From the NCBI GenBank assembly GCA_045602645.1, contig JAZSBZ010000042.1, positions 1-55,925 on the forward strand: 55,925 nucleotides of DNA, in the 5' to 3' direction. Positions 1 through 7,808 of the stretch are shown here, one piece after another. The notes beneath the pieces were generated by a model. That model searched no databases and had not been told where the DNA came from. It worked only from the letters and a program-made list of their open reading frames with translations. A program made the position numbers and the translations under genes. Origin of the DNA: Candidatus Scatovivens sp. (lineage in GTDB: Bacteria; Bacillota; Clostridia; TANB77; CAG-508). Numbering within the stretch: position 1 is the first letter of the stretch; each line of letters opens with the position of its first letter.

Positions 1-1
1 A

Positions 2-112
2 AATTTTAAAAATTGGGAAGATGTAGTAAAAAAAACATCTGATATTCAAATGAAATGTGAATTGATAGAGTTAAAATTAGATGAAATAGATAAAATATTG
101 AGCAGTAGTTAA
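2..112 (+). CDS. 3' end of the CHC2 zinc-finger primase-like gene that starts at 55501 and crosses the circular junction
   Basis: ORF 55501.. runs off the window end. Window nt 1-15 equal nt 55911-55925. The same frame continues WEDVVKK...ILSSS to TAA at 110-112. Confidence 0.6.
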   Translation, partial: NFKNWEDVVKKTSDIQMKCELIELKLDEIDKILSSS

Positions 113-122
113 AACTACTGCT
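101..122 (+). terminator. hairpin overlapping the stop codon (weak terminator candidate)
   Basis: Perfect 9-bp stem agcagtagt/actactgct with a 4-nt loop. The downstream T tract is poor. Confidence 0.3.
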
Positions 123-206
123 TAATATAAAGATAAAAATATGCAAAATGATATAATATATCATCTATTTTTATTATAGCATATAAAAATCAAAAAGTAA
201 ATAAAA

Positions 207-232
207 AGTAGTGATGGGCTAAAATCACTACT
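207..232. terminator. bidirectional rho-independent terminator after the lysis genes
   Basis: 9-bp stem agtagtgat/atcactact with an 8-nt loop. A-run upstream and T-rich run downstream, so it has a U tract on both strands. Confidence 0.55.
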
Positions 233-306
233 TTCTTTATAATCTAATAGGATTTAAGATAAAAGCTATTTATATTATACCATTATTCAAATAATTTTGC
301 AATATA

Positions 307-1173
307 TTAATATGCGTTTATTAATTTACAATAGTCTAAGCATACCCAACCGCTAGGAGTTCTAGCCCAGTTTCCTTTTATTTCATAAGTGTCAAAGCGT
401 GTCCCGTTTGGATATGTTTTTATTATTCCATAATTAGTTCCAGCACCTTTTCTTACATTCAAGCCACTAGGTGTGTCTACCTTATACAATCCTAAAACAT
501 AACCATCTGAATGAGATTCATTCGAATATTGTTTAGTATAATCTAAACAAATCCAACCTCTGTTGCATCTACCCCAGTTTCCTTGTTTTTCATAGATGTC
601 TACTACATCTCCATTATACAAAGATCCTACAACAGGATATTCAGTTCCTGCACCTTCTCGAATATTTAATGAAGTATTTACTCTAACTTCTACTTGCTCA
701 ATTGCATTTTGTTGTTGAGGATCTGATTCACTTGATTCGCCATAATTAGGTTTTCCATATCCAAAGATTTCTCTTGCATTTATATTATATGTAAATCGTC
801 CAACTCTATCACTTCTATTACCTTCAATTGTGTGTACTGTGTCACCTTCGACATATTCGACTAATCCAACATGGTCGGGAGTAGAATTGCCAGACCAAAT
901 AAAGAAAATAATATCACCTTTTTCTGGTCTAATATGGTCTCTTGTTCCTTCTCCTTTGTTTCTAAACCAGTTGTAACCAGTAGGACAATATGCGAATGGT
1001 TGAATTACCTCACTCGATATTCCTACTTGATTAGCACACCACGATACAAACATTGCACACCAAGGTTGATTTGGCATACCATACCAATCTCCATATTTTG
1101 TATCGTTATTCGGACCTTCTCTATAGTCCAATTGACTTTTAGCTATTTCAATAATTTCATCTCTTTTACTCAT
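307..1173 (-). CDS. endolysin, CHAP/NlpC-P60-type amidase-peptidase with two SH3b-like wall-binding repeats
   Basis: CHAP-like motifs (QPWCAMFVSW, GDIIFF, HVGLV). Two repeats of the SH3b type (NIREGAGTEY.., NVRKGAGTNY..). SD aggagg lies upstream of ATG 1173. Last gene of the late operon. Confidence 0.85.
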   Translation of the reverse strand: MSKRDEIIEIAKSQLDYREGPNNDTKYGDWYGMPNQPWCAMFVSWCANQVGISSEVIQPFAYCPTGYNWFRNKGEGTRDHIRPEKGDIIFFIWSGNSTPDHVGLVEYVEGDTVHTIEGNRSDRVGRFTYNINAREIFGYGKPNYGESSESDPQQQNAIEQVEVRVNTSLNIREGAGTEYPVVGSLYNGDVVDIYEKQGNWGRCNRGWICLDYTKQYSNESHSDGYVLGLYKVDTPSGLNVRKGAGTNYGIIKTYPNGTRFDTYEIKGNWARTPSGWVCLDYCKLINAY

Positions 1174-1381
1174 TATTTTTTTCCTCCTTGTTATAATTAA
1201 GGGTTGAAATCCCAATTAATGCACCTAAAAATGTGTCTATTGCAGTTATTGTTCCAACAACTTGCTCACCAAAAGGAAAACCCCAAATTCCTGCTAATGC
1301 GTAATATAGTGTGCCTATTGCAGGTAGCACAATTAAGCAAATCCATTTTAGTACATCGTATAATTTGTTATTTAATTTCAT
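1166..1381 (-). CDS. holin
   Basis: 71 aa with two hydrophobic helices and a charged tail (KEEKNNE). Overlaps the endolysin start by 8 nt. SD gggagg. Confidence 0.75.
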   Translation of the reverse strand: MKLNNKLYDVLKWICLIVLPAIGTLYYALAGIWGFPFGEQVVGTITAIDTFLGALIGISTLNYNKEEKNNE

Positions 1382-1427
1382 ATCTCTTTACCTCCCAAAT
1401 TTATTATAACATATAATGCAAAAAAAA

Positions 1428-1470
1428 TAAAGGCAAAGTATCTTATATTTTTCATAAGACTTTTGCCTTT
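1428..1470 (-). terminator. rho-independent terminator upstream of the holin
   Basis: Long imperfect hairpin aaaggcaaaagtcttat/ataagatactttgccttt followed by T8 on the minus strand. An extended -10 (TGTTATAAT, plus 1403-1411) follows before the holin SD. Confidence 0.55.
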
Positions 1471-1536
1471 TACGAACTCCACATAGGTAACCGTTTTAAT
1501 AAGTTCTATAATGCTTATTATACCATATAAATACAA

Positions 1537-1857
1537 TTATTTCAAGCCATCACTTTTCAAATATATATCAACTATTCTATTTATTGAGTCATTGGATAAT
1601 GCTACATACTCACACAAATCTTCATAGTCAAATACTTCTTGCCCGTCTTGATTTGTGTGACCATTTTCGTATAACCAAATGTGCATTAATTCGTGTTTTA
1701 ATGTCAGTAGCATTTGTTCTTTTGGACCTTTTTCGACATATAAATCTCTTTCATTGTAGCGTGATCTTCCGACATAGCTTTCTTTACCTGTTATTTTATC
1801 TACATTATATATCGTGTATATTCTTCCATTGATAGTGAATTTACATATTTCTTTCAT
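1537..1857 (-). CDS. small zinc metallopeptidase-like protein (HExxH)
   Basis: 106 aa with LKHELMHIWLYENGH (HExxH plus a downstream His). Family not recognised beyond the motif. Confidence 0.5.
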   Translation of the reverse strand: MKEICKFTINGRIYTIYNVDKITGKESYVGRSRYNERDLYVEKGPKEQMLLTLKHELMHIWLYENGHTNQDGQEVFDYEDLCEYVALSNDSINRIVDIYLKSDGLK

Positions 1858-1858
1858 G

Positions 1859-2242
1859 TTAGATATTCTTATCTAGCATTTGTTTTAACATTGTTGAGTG
1901 CTCTTTTTCTTTTTGTGCTACTTTATTTATCATGTTTTTTTCATTCATGTTGCTAGCCATCTCAGCAATGTCTTCAAGCATGCGTGATGTTTCTTTCATA
2001 TCTTCAATTGTCATTTCTAGGTCTTCATAGTAGTCTTCACGATAATTTCTGTAATTTCTGTAATTGCGATAATCTCTATTATTTATTCTTCCGCCTCTAC
2101 GGTCGTAATCACGCCTTCTGTAATCGTCTCTATAGTTTCTATAATTTCTATAATCATATTCATCATCTCTATAGCCATAGTCCCTATTATCGTAATATCT
2201 TTCATTACGATTTCTGTTATCGTATTCGTTCATATCATTCAT
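1859..2242 (-). CDS. Arg/Asp/Tyr/Asn-rich low-complexity protein
   Basis: 127 aa. The first ~75 aa are almost only R, D, Y and N, with NYRNYRNYR repeats. The C-terminus is helical and acidic. Confidence 0.5.
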   Translation of the reverse strand: MNDMNEYDNRNRNERYYDNRDYGYRDDEYDYRNYRNYRDDYRRRDYDRRGGRINNRDYRNYRNYRNYREDYYEDLEMTIEDMKETSRMLEDIAEMASNMNEKNMINKVAQKEKEHSTMLKQMLDKNI

Positions 2243-2257
2243 AATATTTACTCCTTT

Positions 2258-2890
2258 CTAATTTTCTGGTATATTCATAAAATATAAAAATACTTTATTA
2301 GGTTTTGCATCCTCATCATTTATGAAATCATTTGTATATCTAGCGTACATCTCTATGTTTTCATTAAATAAGTCTTTATAGTCATTGTAAGCTTGATTCA
2401 TAACCACGAAGAAATCAATAGGTCTAATATTATCTAAACCAAATTGGCTTTGTATCTCTTGCGTTTCTTCAATACTCCATCTCATTCTATAAGGTTTCAT
2501 TTTTGACACAATTTCATGTGCCATTTTTTCATTTAATACAGAACCATACGCCATTTTATATAATTCCATTTTGTATTCTTTATAGCACTCTTCGTCGTAT
2601 TTTTCTATTGTTTCGAGTGTATCTTCTAAAATGTCGGACAATTTGTGCATATCTTCTACTTTACCATTATCTACAACTCTTTGTATAATATCTTCTATAT
2701 CCATCTTTTTCCTCCTTTTTAGAAGATTTAAAATTTCGTTGTTTTGCTTAATAATTGTATCTAGCAAATTGTCTTGATGTGCTAGATATTTCATAAGGTC
2801 AGTATTATTAAAGTCGTTTAGCAATATTCCATAGCTCTTAAGTTGAGCTATATTAGAAATAAATCCTAAATTATTAATAAAATTATTCAT
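2258..2890 (-). CDS. hypothetical protein with a strong internal in-frame start
   Basis: 210-aa ORF coupled TAATG to the upstream gene. Internal aaggagg plus ATG at 2704 (Met63), in frame. Confidence 0.5.
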   Translation of the reverse strand: MNNFINNLGFISNIAQLKSYGILLNDFNNTDLMKYLAHQDNLLDTIIKQNNEILNLLKRRKKMDIEDIIQRVVDNGKVEDMHKLSDILEDTLETIEKYDEECYKEYKMELYKMAYGSVLNEKMAHEIVSKMKPYRMRWSIEETQEIQSQFGLDNIRPIDFFVVMNQAYNDYKDLFNENIEMYARYTNDFINDEDAKPNKVFLYFMNIPEN

Positions 2891-3363
2891 TAATTATTAT
2901 TTCTCGCTAAACTATATGTTCCCGCCACAATTATTGGAATTTGTGTTTCAATTGGTGTTGTTGGATCGGTTGGTGTAGGTATAGCGGGCACACTTCCAAC
3001 AGTTAAGTTAGTTGTTCCCTTTGGGCAGATTTGTATTTTTTTGTCAAATGATACTGTTGCTACATCTCCTGCTGTTGCCAATGTAACTGCTCTAATCGTA
3101 TCTGGCAATAGCACTCCGTCCTCGTAAAGTCCGACTGCCACAACTCCCGCAGTTGCCGAGCTTATTGTACCACTAAATTTAGCATTATAATATCCAGTAT
3201 ATCCATTTCCAAAAACTTTAAAATTTGGGTTTCCATTTTGATATTCAAGCCAACCGCCATTACAACAATATGAACATCTTGTTCTTATATCTGTTGTATC
3301 AAATACGATTTTATCTGAATTGCTTGTTAATGCTAAAGGTTTATTTATTGTTGTTTGTATCAT
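2890..3363 (-). CDS. hypothetical beta-rich Cys-cluster protein
   Basis: 157 aa. CSYCCNGGW cluster followed by a G/T/A/V-rich segment. SD ggagaaatt upstream. Confidence 0.5.
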   Translation of the reverse strand: MIQTTINKPLALTSNSDKIVFDTTDIRTRCSYCCNGGWLEYQNGNPNFKVFGNGYTGYYNAKFSGTISSATAGVVAVGLYEDGVLLPDTIRAVTLATAGDVATVSFDKKIQICPKGTTNLTVGSVPAIPTPTDPTTPIETQIPIIVAGTYSLARNNN

Positions 3364-3385
3364 AATTTCTCCTTTCTTAATATAA

Positions 3386-3413
3386 AAGAGAATAAGCCCT
3401 TGCCTATTCTCTT
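3386..3413. terminator. intra-operon hairpin (attenuator or terminator)
   Basis: 9-bp stem aagagaata/tattctctt with a 10-nt loop. T runs on both sides. Confidence 0.45.
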
Positions 3414-3473
3414 ATTTTTTTAGCAAGTTCTCGTAATCGAGTTTTCTGCAATCAGAAATTTGCTGTTATTAAA

Positions 3474-4391
3474 TTAAAAATTTCCGTTGCATCCGCAACC
3501 ATTGTTTCCATTGCAAGTGAATATTGGGGTGCGTCCAAAAACTGGCGTTGTTGGAACTGGGCAGTTGTTTAATCTGTTATACAACTGGTCTACTTCATTT
3601 GCAAATCCTTGTGAAATAAAGGCATTTTGAGCTGTTTGGCTTGCTTGTAAATCTTTCATTAGACTTTCTCTTTGTAGTTCGCTAATCTTGTCATTTTTAG
3701 CATCTAATTGAGCCTTAACTCCGTCTAGTTCTAATTGGCATAACTTATCAAGTATAGCTTGTGTATTAGATGTTGCATTTGTTATGATGTCTCTTGTATT
3801 GTTTGCATCTGCAAATCTTGTAGCATTGCCTTCATTTTGAATTATGTTTTGTGTTTGGCAATTAGCTAGTCTGTTTTCGCAGCAACAATCAGCAAATTGT
3901 GAACTTAATCCATTAAAGCCTTGCAATGTAGAAATTTGGTTGTTAAATGCTTGTTGCATATTAGCCATTTGTCTGCTATTAGCAGATATTTCAGCACTTG
4001 AGAAACCGTTGTTTATTGCACCAACAATGTCTCCTGTTGAACTACAAATTTGATTTGAAAGTCCATAAACTCCGTCTCTTACACCTTCAATTTGATTGCT
4101 CAAATGTAGTGTGTCAAATCCGTTATTTGTGTTTTGCATTATGTCTTGTTGTCCATTAGCTAGCCAAGGGTACATGAAATCCATGCCCATTCCAAAGCCA
4201 CCGAATCCGCCGAATCCGCCGTAACCAAATCCTCCTGTCATCGCCAAGATTACAAGTAGCCATAGCCAACCTGCGTCTCCACCAAAGCCACCCATTCCGT
4301 TGTTACCATTTACATATACTGGGTACGCATTTGAACCATTGCTTGCATCCATTACTGCTCGCACATCTGATGGTGATAAATTATCTCCCAT
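3474..4391 (-). CDS. Gly-rich, Cys-cluster membrane protein of unknown function
   Basis: 305 aa. Features: GGFGG repeats flanking one TM helix (GWLWLLVILAMTGGFGYGGFGG), an N/Q-rich coiled coil, a CCC motif, and a C-terminal CNGNNGCGCNGNF. Confidence 0.55.
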   Translation of the reverse strand: MGDNLSPSDVRAVMDASNGSNAYPVYVNGNNGMGGFGGDAGWLWLLVILAMTGGFGYGGFGGFGGFGMGMDFMYPWLANGQQDIMQNTNNGFDTLHLSNQIEGVRDGVYGLSNQICSSTGDIVGAINNGFSSAEISANSRQMANMQQAFNNQISTLQGFNGLSSQFADCCCENRLANCQTQNIIQNEGNATRFADANNTRDIITNATSNTQAILDKLCQLELDGVKAQLDAKNDKISELQRESLMKDLQASQTAQNAFISQGFANEVDQLYNRLNNCPVPTTPVFGRTPIFTCNGNNGCGCNGNF

Positions 4392-4446
4392 TGTTTTTCT
4401 CCTTTCTATAAAATATTTATAATATTGCTTAATTAAGCATTATTAC

Positions 4447-4692
4447 CTATTTAAGATTTTGTAATTCACTCAATATATTTTGTGGAACTCCCATATTGTT
4501 AGCTCCATTTAAAAATGCTTGTTTTTGTTCTGGTGTCATCTTCTTTATCTGTTGCGTTATTATGTCTTTTGGATTTTTATTCTCCTGCATCCAATTATTT
4601 ACTTCTTGATACTTTCTTGGTAGTTTTGCTTTCATTTGGTTCATTGTTGCTTGTAGCATTGATTGTATTGACATTGGCATTGGTATTGGCAT
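4447..4692 (-). CDS. hypothetical protein
   Basis: 81 aa with a strong SD aaggaggt upstream of ATG 4692. Overlaps the upstream ORF by 98 nt in another frame. Confidence 0.55.
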   Translation of the reverse strand: MPIPMPMSIQSMLQATMNQMKAKLPRKYQEVNNWMQENKNPKDIITQQIKKMTPEQKQAFLNGANNMGVPQNILSELQNLK

Positions 4693-5107
4693 GTTCTATT
4701 ACCTCCTTTAAATCATTTATTTGTTTTTGTAGCATTAAAATTTCTTTGTCTTTATCATCTAGTTGTATTTCTTCATCTACATTAAATATTCTTATATTCC
4801 CTGATGTATCTTTAATCCATAATTTTGAAAAATCTCTTGTAATAAACAAGGCTGTTTTAGTAACAAATTTATTTTTTACATCTTCAATATTTTCTGCAAA
4901 TTGCCCTTCTAATTCTCCAATGCTTTGTTGTGGTGCTAATTGAAAGTTTTGAGTTAAATTAGTTGGCTGAGTTTGTTGTTGATTTTGTTGCATTTGTCTA
5001 ATTTGATTATCTAATGCACTTCTTTGTTGCTGTAATCCTTCCAAAGTCTGTGCATAATACGCATTATTTTGTAAATATGGGTTGAAATTTGGGCTATAAT
5101 TTAGCAT
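4595..5107 (-). CDS. Gln/Asn-rich hypothetical protein
   Basis: 170 aa. Q/N-rich N-terminus (QQQRSALDNQIRQMQQNQQQTQ) and a low-complexity C-terminal tail that overlaps the next gene. Confidence 0.5.
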   Translation of the reverse strand: MLNYSPNFNPYLQNNAYYAQTLEGLQQQRSALDNQIRQMQQNQQQTQPTNLTQNFQLAPQQSIGELEGQFAENIEDVKNKFVTKTALFITRDFSKLWIKDTSGNIRIFNVDEEIQLDDKDKEILMLQKQINDLKEVIEHANTNANVNTINATSNNEPNESKTTKKVSRSK

Positions 5108-5348
5108 TTTTTCATATTCCTTTCTAAAATCGTTTTTAAGAGGTTTTGCCTTTTAAACGATTAATTATATTACTTTAAAACTTAAATGCCTATTTAATGC
5201 ATAATTTTTGCTCGATTTTTTGTAGTTTCTTTAAAATTGAAAAAAGGCGACTAAAAATTTCAGATTTTTTATTTTTTACATAAATTTTCTTCATTTTTAA
5301 CCACCTCACTTTCTGTTTATATTATAACCTTAAAAAACAAAAATAAAA

Positions 5349-5376
5349 CGCCATGTTTTCGCCACATTATCGCCAT
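5349..5376. repeat. three phased CGCCA(T/C) direct repeats (possible regulator binding site)
   Basis: cgccat 5349, cgccac 5360 and cgccat 5371, spaced exactly 11 bp apart. They lie in a non-coding gap just downstream (minus sense) of a terminator. Confidence 0.4.
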
Positions 5377-5390
5377 ATTTTTTTTGCATA

Positions 5391-5418
5391 AAAAAAGAAC
5401 TATACATTTGTATAGCTC
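5391..5418 (-). terminator. rho-independent terminator
   Basis: Stem gaactataca/tgtatagctc (9 of 10 pairs) followed by T6 on the minus strand, directly after the stop of ORF 5441..5692. Confidence 0.6.
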
Positions 5419-5440
5419 TTAAAAAGTATATTAAAGAGAT

Positions 5441-5692
5441 TTATTTAGTTATGATAGCTTGCAACATTTTTAATTTTATACTTCGTATAATTCTGCATAC
5501 TGTTCTATCTGATACATTTTCTTTCATAGCAATTTGTATTATAGACATAGGATATTTCCCAGTCAAATCATTAAATATCTTTTCTTGAATTTCATTGAAA
5601 TTGCAATTTTTCAAATAAAAGTCTTTATCAGATTGTATCATATCAAAATTAACTTTTAATTTTTTCTTGTTCGTTTTATTTTGTTCTTGCAT
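5441..5692 (-). CDS. small HTH DNA-binding protein (sigma-70 region-4-like; possible late regulator)
   Basis: 83 aa. MSIIQIAMKENVSDRTVCRIIRSIKLKM resembles a region-4 or LuxR-type helix-turn-helix. Confidence 0.45.
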   Translation of the reverse strand: MQEQNKTNKKKLKVNFDMIQSDKDFYLKNCNFNEIQEKIFNDLTGKYPMSIIQIAMKENVSDRTVCRIIRSIKLKMLQAIITK

Positions 5693-5793
5693 ACACCGTC
5701 CCCTCCACAGTTAGGACATTTGTGATAACCACTTGGCACTTTCTTTTGTCGTCTAGTAGTTTTAGTTATTTTTGTCTGTGTTATTCTTCCCAT
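5656..5793 (-). CDS. possible small basic CxxC protein
   Basis: 45-aa ORF below the track cutoff (MGRITQTKITKTTRRQKKVPSGYHKCPNCGGDGVC..). SD ggag upstream of ATG 5793. Overlaps the next ORF by 37 nt. Confidence 0.3.
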   Translation of the reverse strand: MGRITQTKITKTTRRQKKVPSGYHKCPNCGGDGVCKNKIKRTRKN

Positions 5794-5806
5794 TTGTTAA
5801 CTCCTT

Positions 5807-5992
5807 TTAATATTGAGTTATATCGTGTACTGTTTCAATATTTTCGACTGTTTGTGTTTGTATATTTTGTGAATTTACTGTTTCGAATTGACTTTCATAA
5901 ATGAACCAAGCTATATTTGTAGCGAATAACAAAATCAATGTAATTAAATTCATTATTAAAAGCCATTTAAAGATTGATTTATTCAATTCCAT
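5807..5992 (-). CDS. small membrane protein
   Basis: 61 aa with one clear TM helix (WLLIMNLITLILLFATNIAWFIY). Confidence 0.45.
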   Translation of the reverse strand: MELNKSIFKWLLIMNLITLILLFATNIAWFIYESQFETVNSQNIQTQTVENIETVHDITQY

Positions 5993-6009
5993 ATTTTTAT
6001 CTCCCTATA

Positions 6010-6306
6010 TTATTTTATCATTTTGGTAATATCAAATATTAATTTTATCACAATGCCAATTATCGCTGCACCACTAGTTCTCCAAAGCCAAGCTTGATTT
6101 TCTTCAACTTTAGTTACTCTAGCAATTAAAGGTTGCAACTTTAAATTATCTATAGTATTACCATCTTCTAATTTAATTAAAATACCATCAACCTTTTTAT
6201 CTATTTGATTTAAAAGGCTTGAATTTTTAATCATTGTATCTTCAAGTTCGCTGACTTTTTTTTCCAAATTTTCAAATTCTTTTCTACTTACAACTTCATT
6301 TGTCAT
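6010..6306 (-). CDS. xhlA: XhlA-like lysis-associated membrane protein
   Basis: 98 aa. N-terminal coiled coil plus a C-terminal TM helix (GAAIIGIVIKLIFDI), an architecture like PBSX XhlA. Confidence 0.5.
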   Translation of the reverse strand: MTNEVVSRKEFENLEKKVSELEDTMIKNSSLLNQIDKKVDGILIKLEDGNTIDNLKLQPLIARVTKVEENQAWLWRTSGAAIIGIVIKLIFDITKMIK

Positions 6307-6381
6307 ATTCTGTTACCTCTAAATTAATTATAGCATAAAAAGGTTGATTTTGTAAAGTTATTTTATAACTTTTTCTTAATT

Positions 6382-6624
6382 TTATTCTGTTTCTATCTGT
6401 TCATTACTGTCCATTTCTGTATCAAGCTGTTCAGTTTTTTCAATTGGTTCCAATAAGCTTTCAAGATATTCCATCAAATCTTCATAGTCATTGTCTAGCA
6501 ATTTCCCTTCATCGTTTAATCTCTCTGCTTCTATCATTGCATAACTTATTGAGTATTCTCCCGTTTTTGCTAAATTCATTAATGCTATTTTCTTTCTTTG
6601 CGATTTCTTTTCTAATATAGTCAT
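6382..6624 (-). CDS. acidic hypothetical protein
   Basis: 80 aa, with SD and dense packing within the tail-fibre region. Confidence 0.45.
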   Translation of the reverse strand: MTILEKKSQRKKIALMNLAKTGEYSISYAMIEAERLNDEGKLLDNDYEDLMEYLESLLEPIEKTEQLDTEMDSNEQIETE

Positions 6625-6637
6625 AATTGACTTCTTT

Positions 6638-7804
6638 CTATTCTTCTAATAAATCTAGTCTAGCCTTTATTGAATCTATTTCACTTCTTAAAGCTCTGTT
6701 TGACTTCTTGTAGCTTAATGTCATAATTGGTGGTAAGTCTTCCGCCTCTACTGTTATATTAGTTTGTCCGTAGTATGTGCGTAAATTCTCGTATAAATCC
6801 TCTAATTCTGCTATTAGTGTTGTGTTTGTGATTTCTACTAGTTTTGATTCTGACCTTTCATAATAAAGCTTAATATTCAAACTATTCCACCAATTTAAAA
6901 ATTCTGTTCCTGTTTCTGGCTTATAATTTATATATACACCTGCATTTTGTGAAGGATACAGTTGCCCCATTTTGCTTCCATCAAACTTTTTCCACTCGTC
7001 TGTTTCGTATTGCCCAATAGTTTGATGTGTAGAAAATAATGATGTATTAATCTTTATCTTATAGTTTTGTGCAGTAAAATAATATCCTTGAGCAACAGGT
7101 CCTGCTGCTATAATAATCTTGTTTATATACGAAATTTTTTCATTCTTATACCACTTACCACTACTTAAATCTTTTAAAAATCCATCTCTTGAATCCCCTA
7201 ATCCACACATTTCCATTCCTTCTGGAAGTGTTAGTGTTTTGATTTGTTCTCTGTGGGGTTCATATTCTGTATCTTCCGTTGATAACATAACTTTTGTACT
7301 ATAAACCGTTCCAGATACTGCATTCGCCTTTCCAATTCTTACAGTACAATATCTTGCATTGCTAGGAATTAATCTTGAACCTGTTGAAGAAGCTATTTGA
7401 ACAAACCCTAAAGAAATTTTATTTTCATCAAAAAAGCATATATAGTTAGCTGTAAATTCTTCATTAGTACATTTTAAGTAAAGTCTTTCTGCATTAGATA
7501 CATCTATTAAAGGTCCCAAAAATTTTGTATATGCTTTACCCTCTCCTGTTACATTTCCTAAATACATATCTGTTCCTGTAGCTGTAAAAATCAAAGTTTC
7601 ATCGTTTATAACCACTGTACAATTTGCTTTAAAAATATTAGTACCTTTATTAGTTAGTGTTGGGAGATATAGGTTCTTAGAGCTGACTTTAATAGTATTA
7701 CTTCCTTTAAGTACATGAACTTGTTGTGGATATTCAGTATTTGGTGAACTTTGTCCTCCTACAAAAGGCTCCCACTCTTGTAGGGTGTTATATTGATGTA
7801 TCAT
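6638..7804 (-). CDS. tail fibre / receptor-binding protein (distal part; lacks its own SD)
   Basis: 388 aa, beta-rich, with a C-terminal coiled coil. No SD before ATG 7804. It is in the +1 frame of the upstream ORF, reachable from CGG 7818-7820. Confidence 0.6.
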   Translation of the reverse strand: MIHQYNTLQEWEPFVGGQSSPNTEYPQQVHVLKGSNTIKVSSKNLYLPTLTNKGTNIFKANCTVVINDETLIFTATGTDMYLGNVTGEGKAYTKFLGPLIDVSNAERLYLKCTNEEFTANYICFFDENKISLGFVQIASSTGSRLIPSNARYCTVRIGKANAVSGTVYSTKVMLSTEDTEYEPHREQIKTLTLPEGMEMCGLGDSRDGFLKDLSSGKWYKNEKISYINKIIIAAGPVAQGYYFTAQNYKIKINTSLFSTHQTIGQYETDEWKKFDGSKMGQLYPSQNAGVYINYKPETGTEFLNWWNSLNIKLYYERSESKLVEITNTTLIAELEDLYENLRTYYGQTNITVEAEDLPPIMTLSYKKSNRALRSEIDSIKARLDLLEE

Positions 7805-7808
7805 AGGT

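Noticed and set aside
871-1416. Plus-strand ORFs 871..1200 and 1204..1416
   Set aside because: They are antisense to the well-supported endolysin and holin genes and have no SD.
4595-4692. The 98-nt overlap of ORFs 4595..5107 and 4447..4692 as another frameshift fusion
   Set aside because: The downstream frame has a TAG two codons upstream of its SD-led ATG, so no fusion is possible. These are simply overlapping genes, or the low-complexity tail of the upstream ORF.
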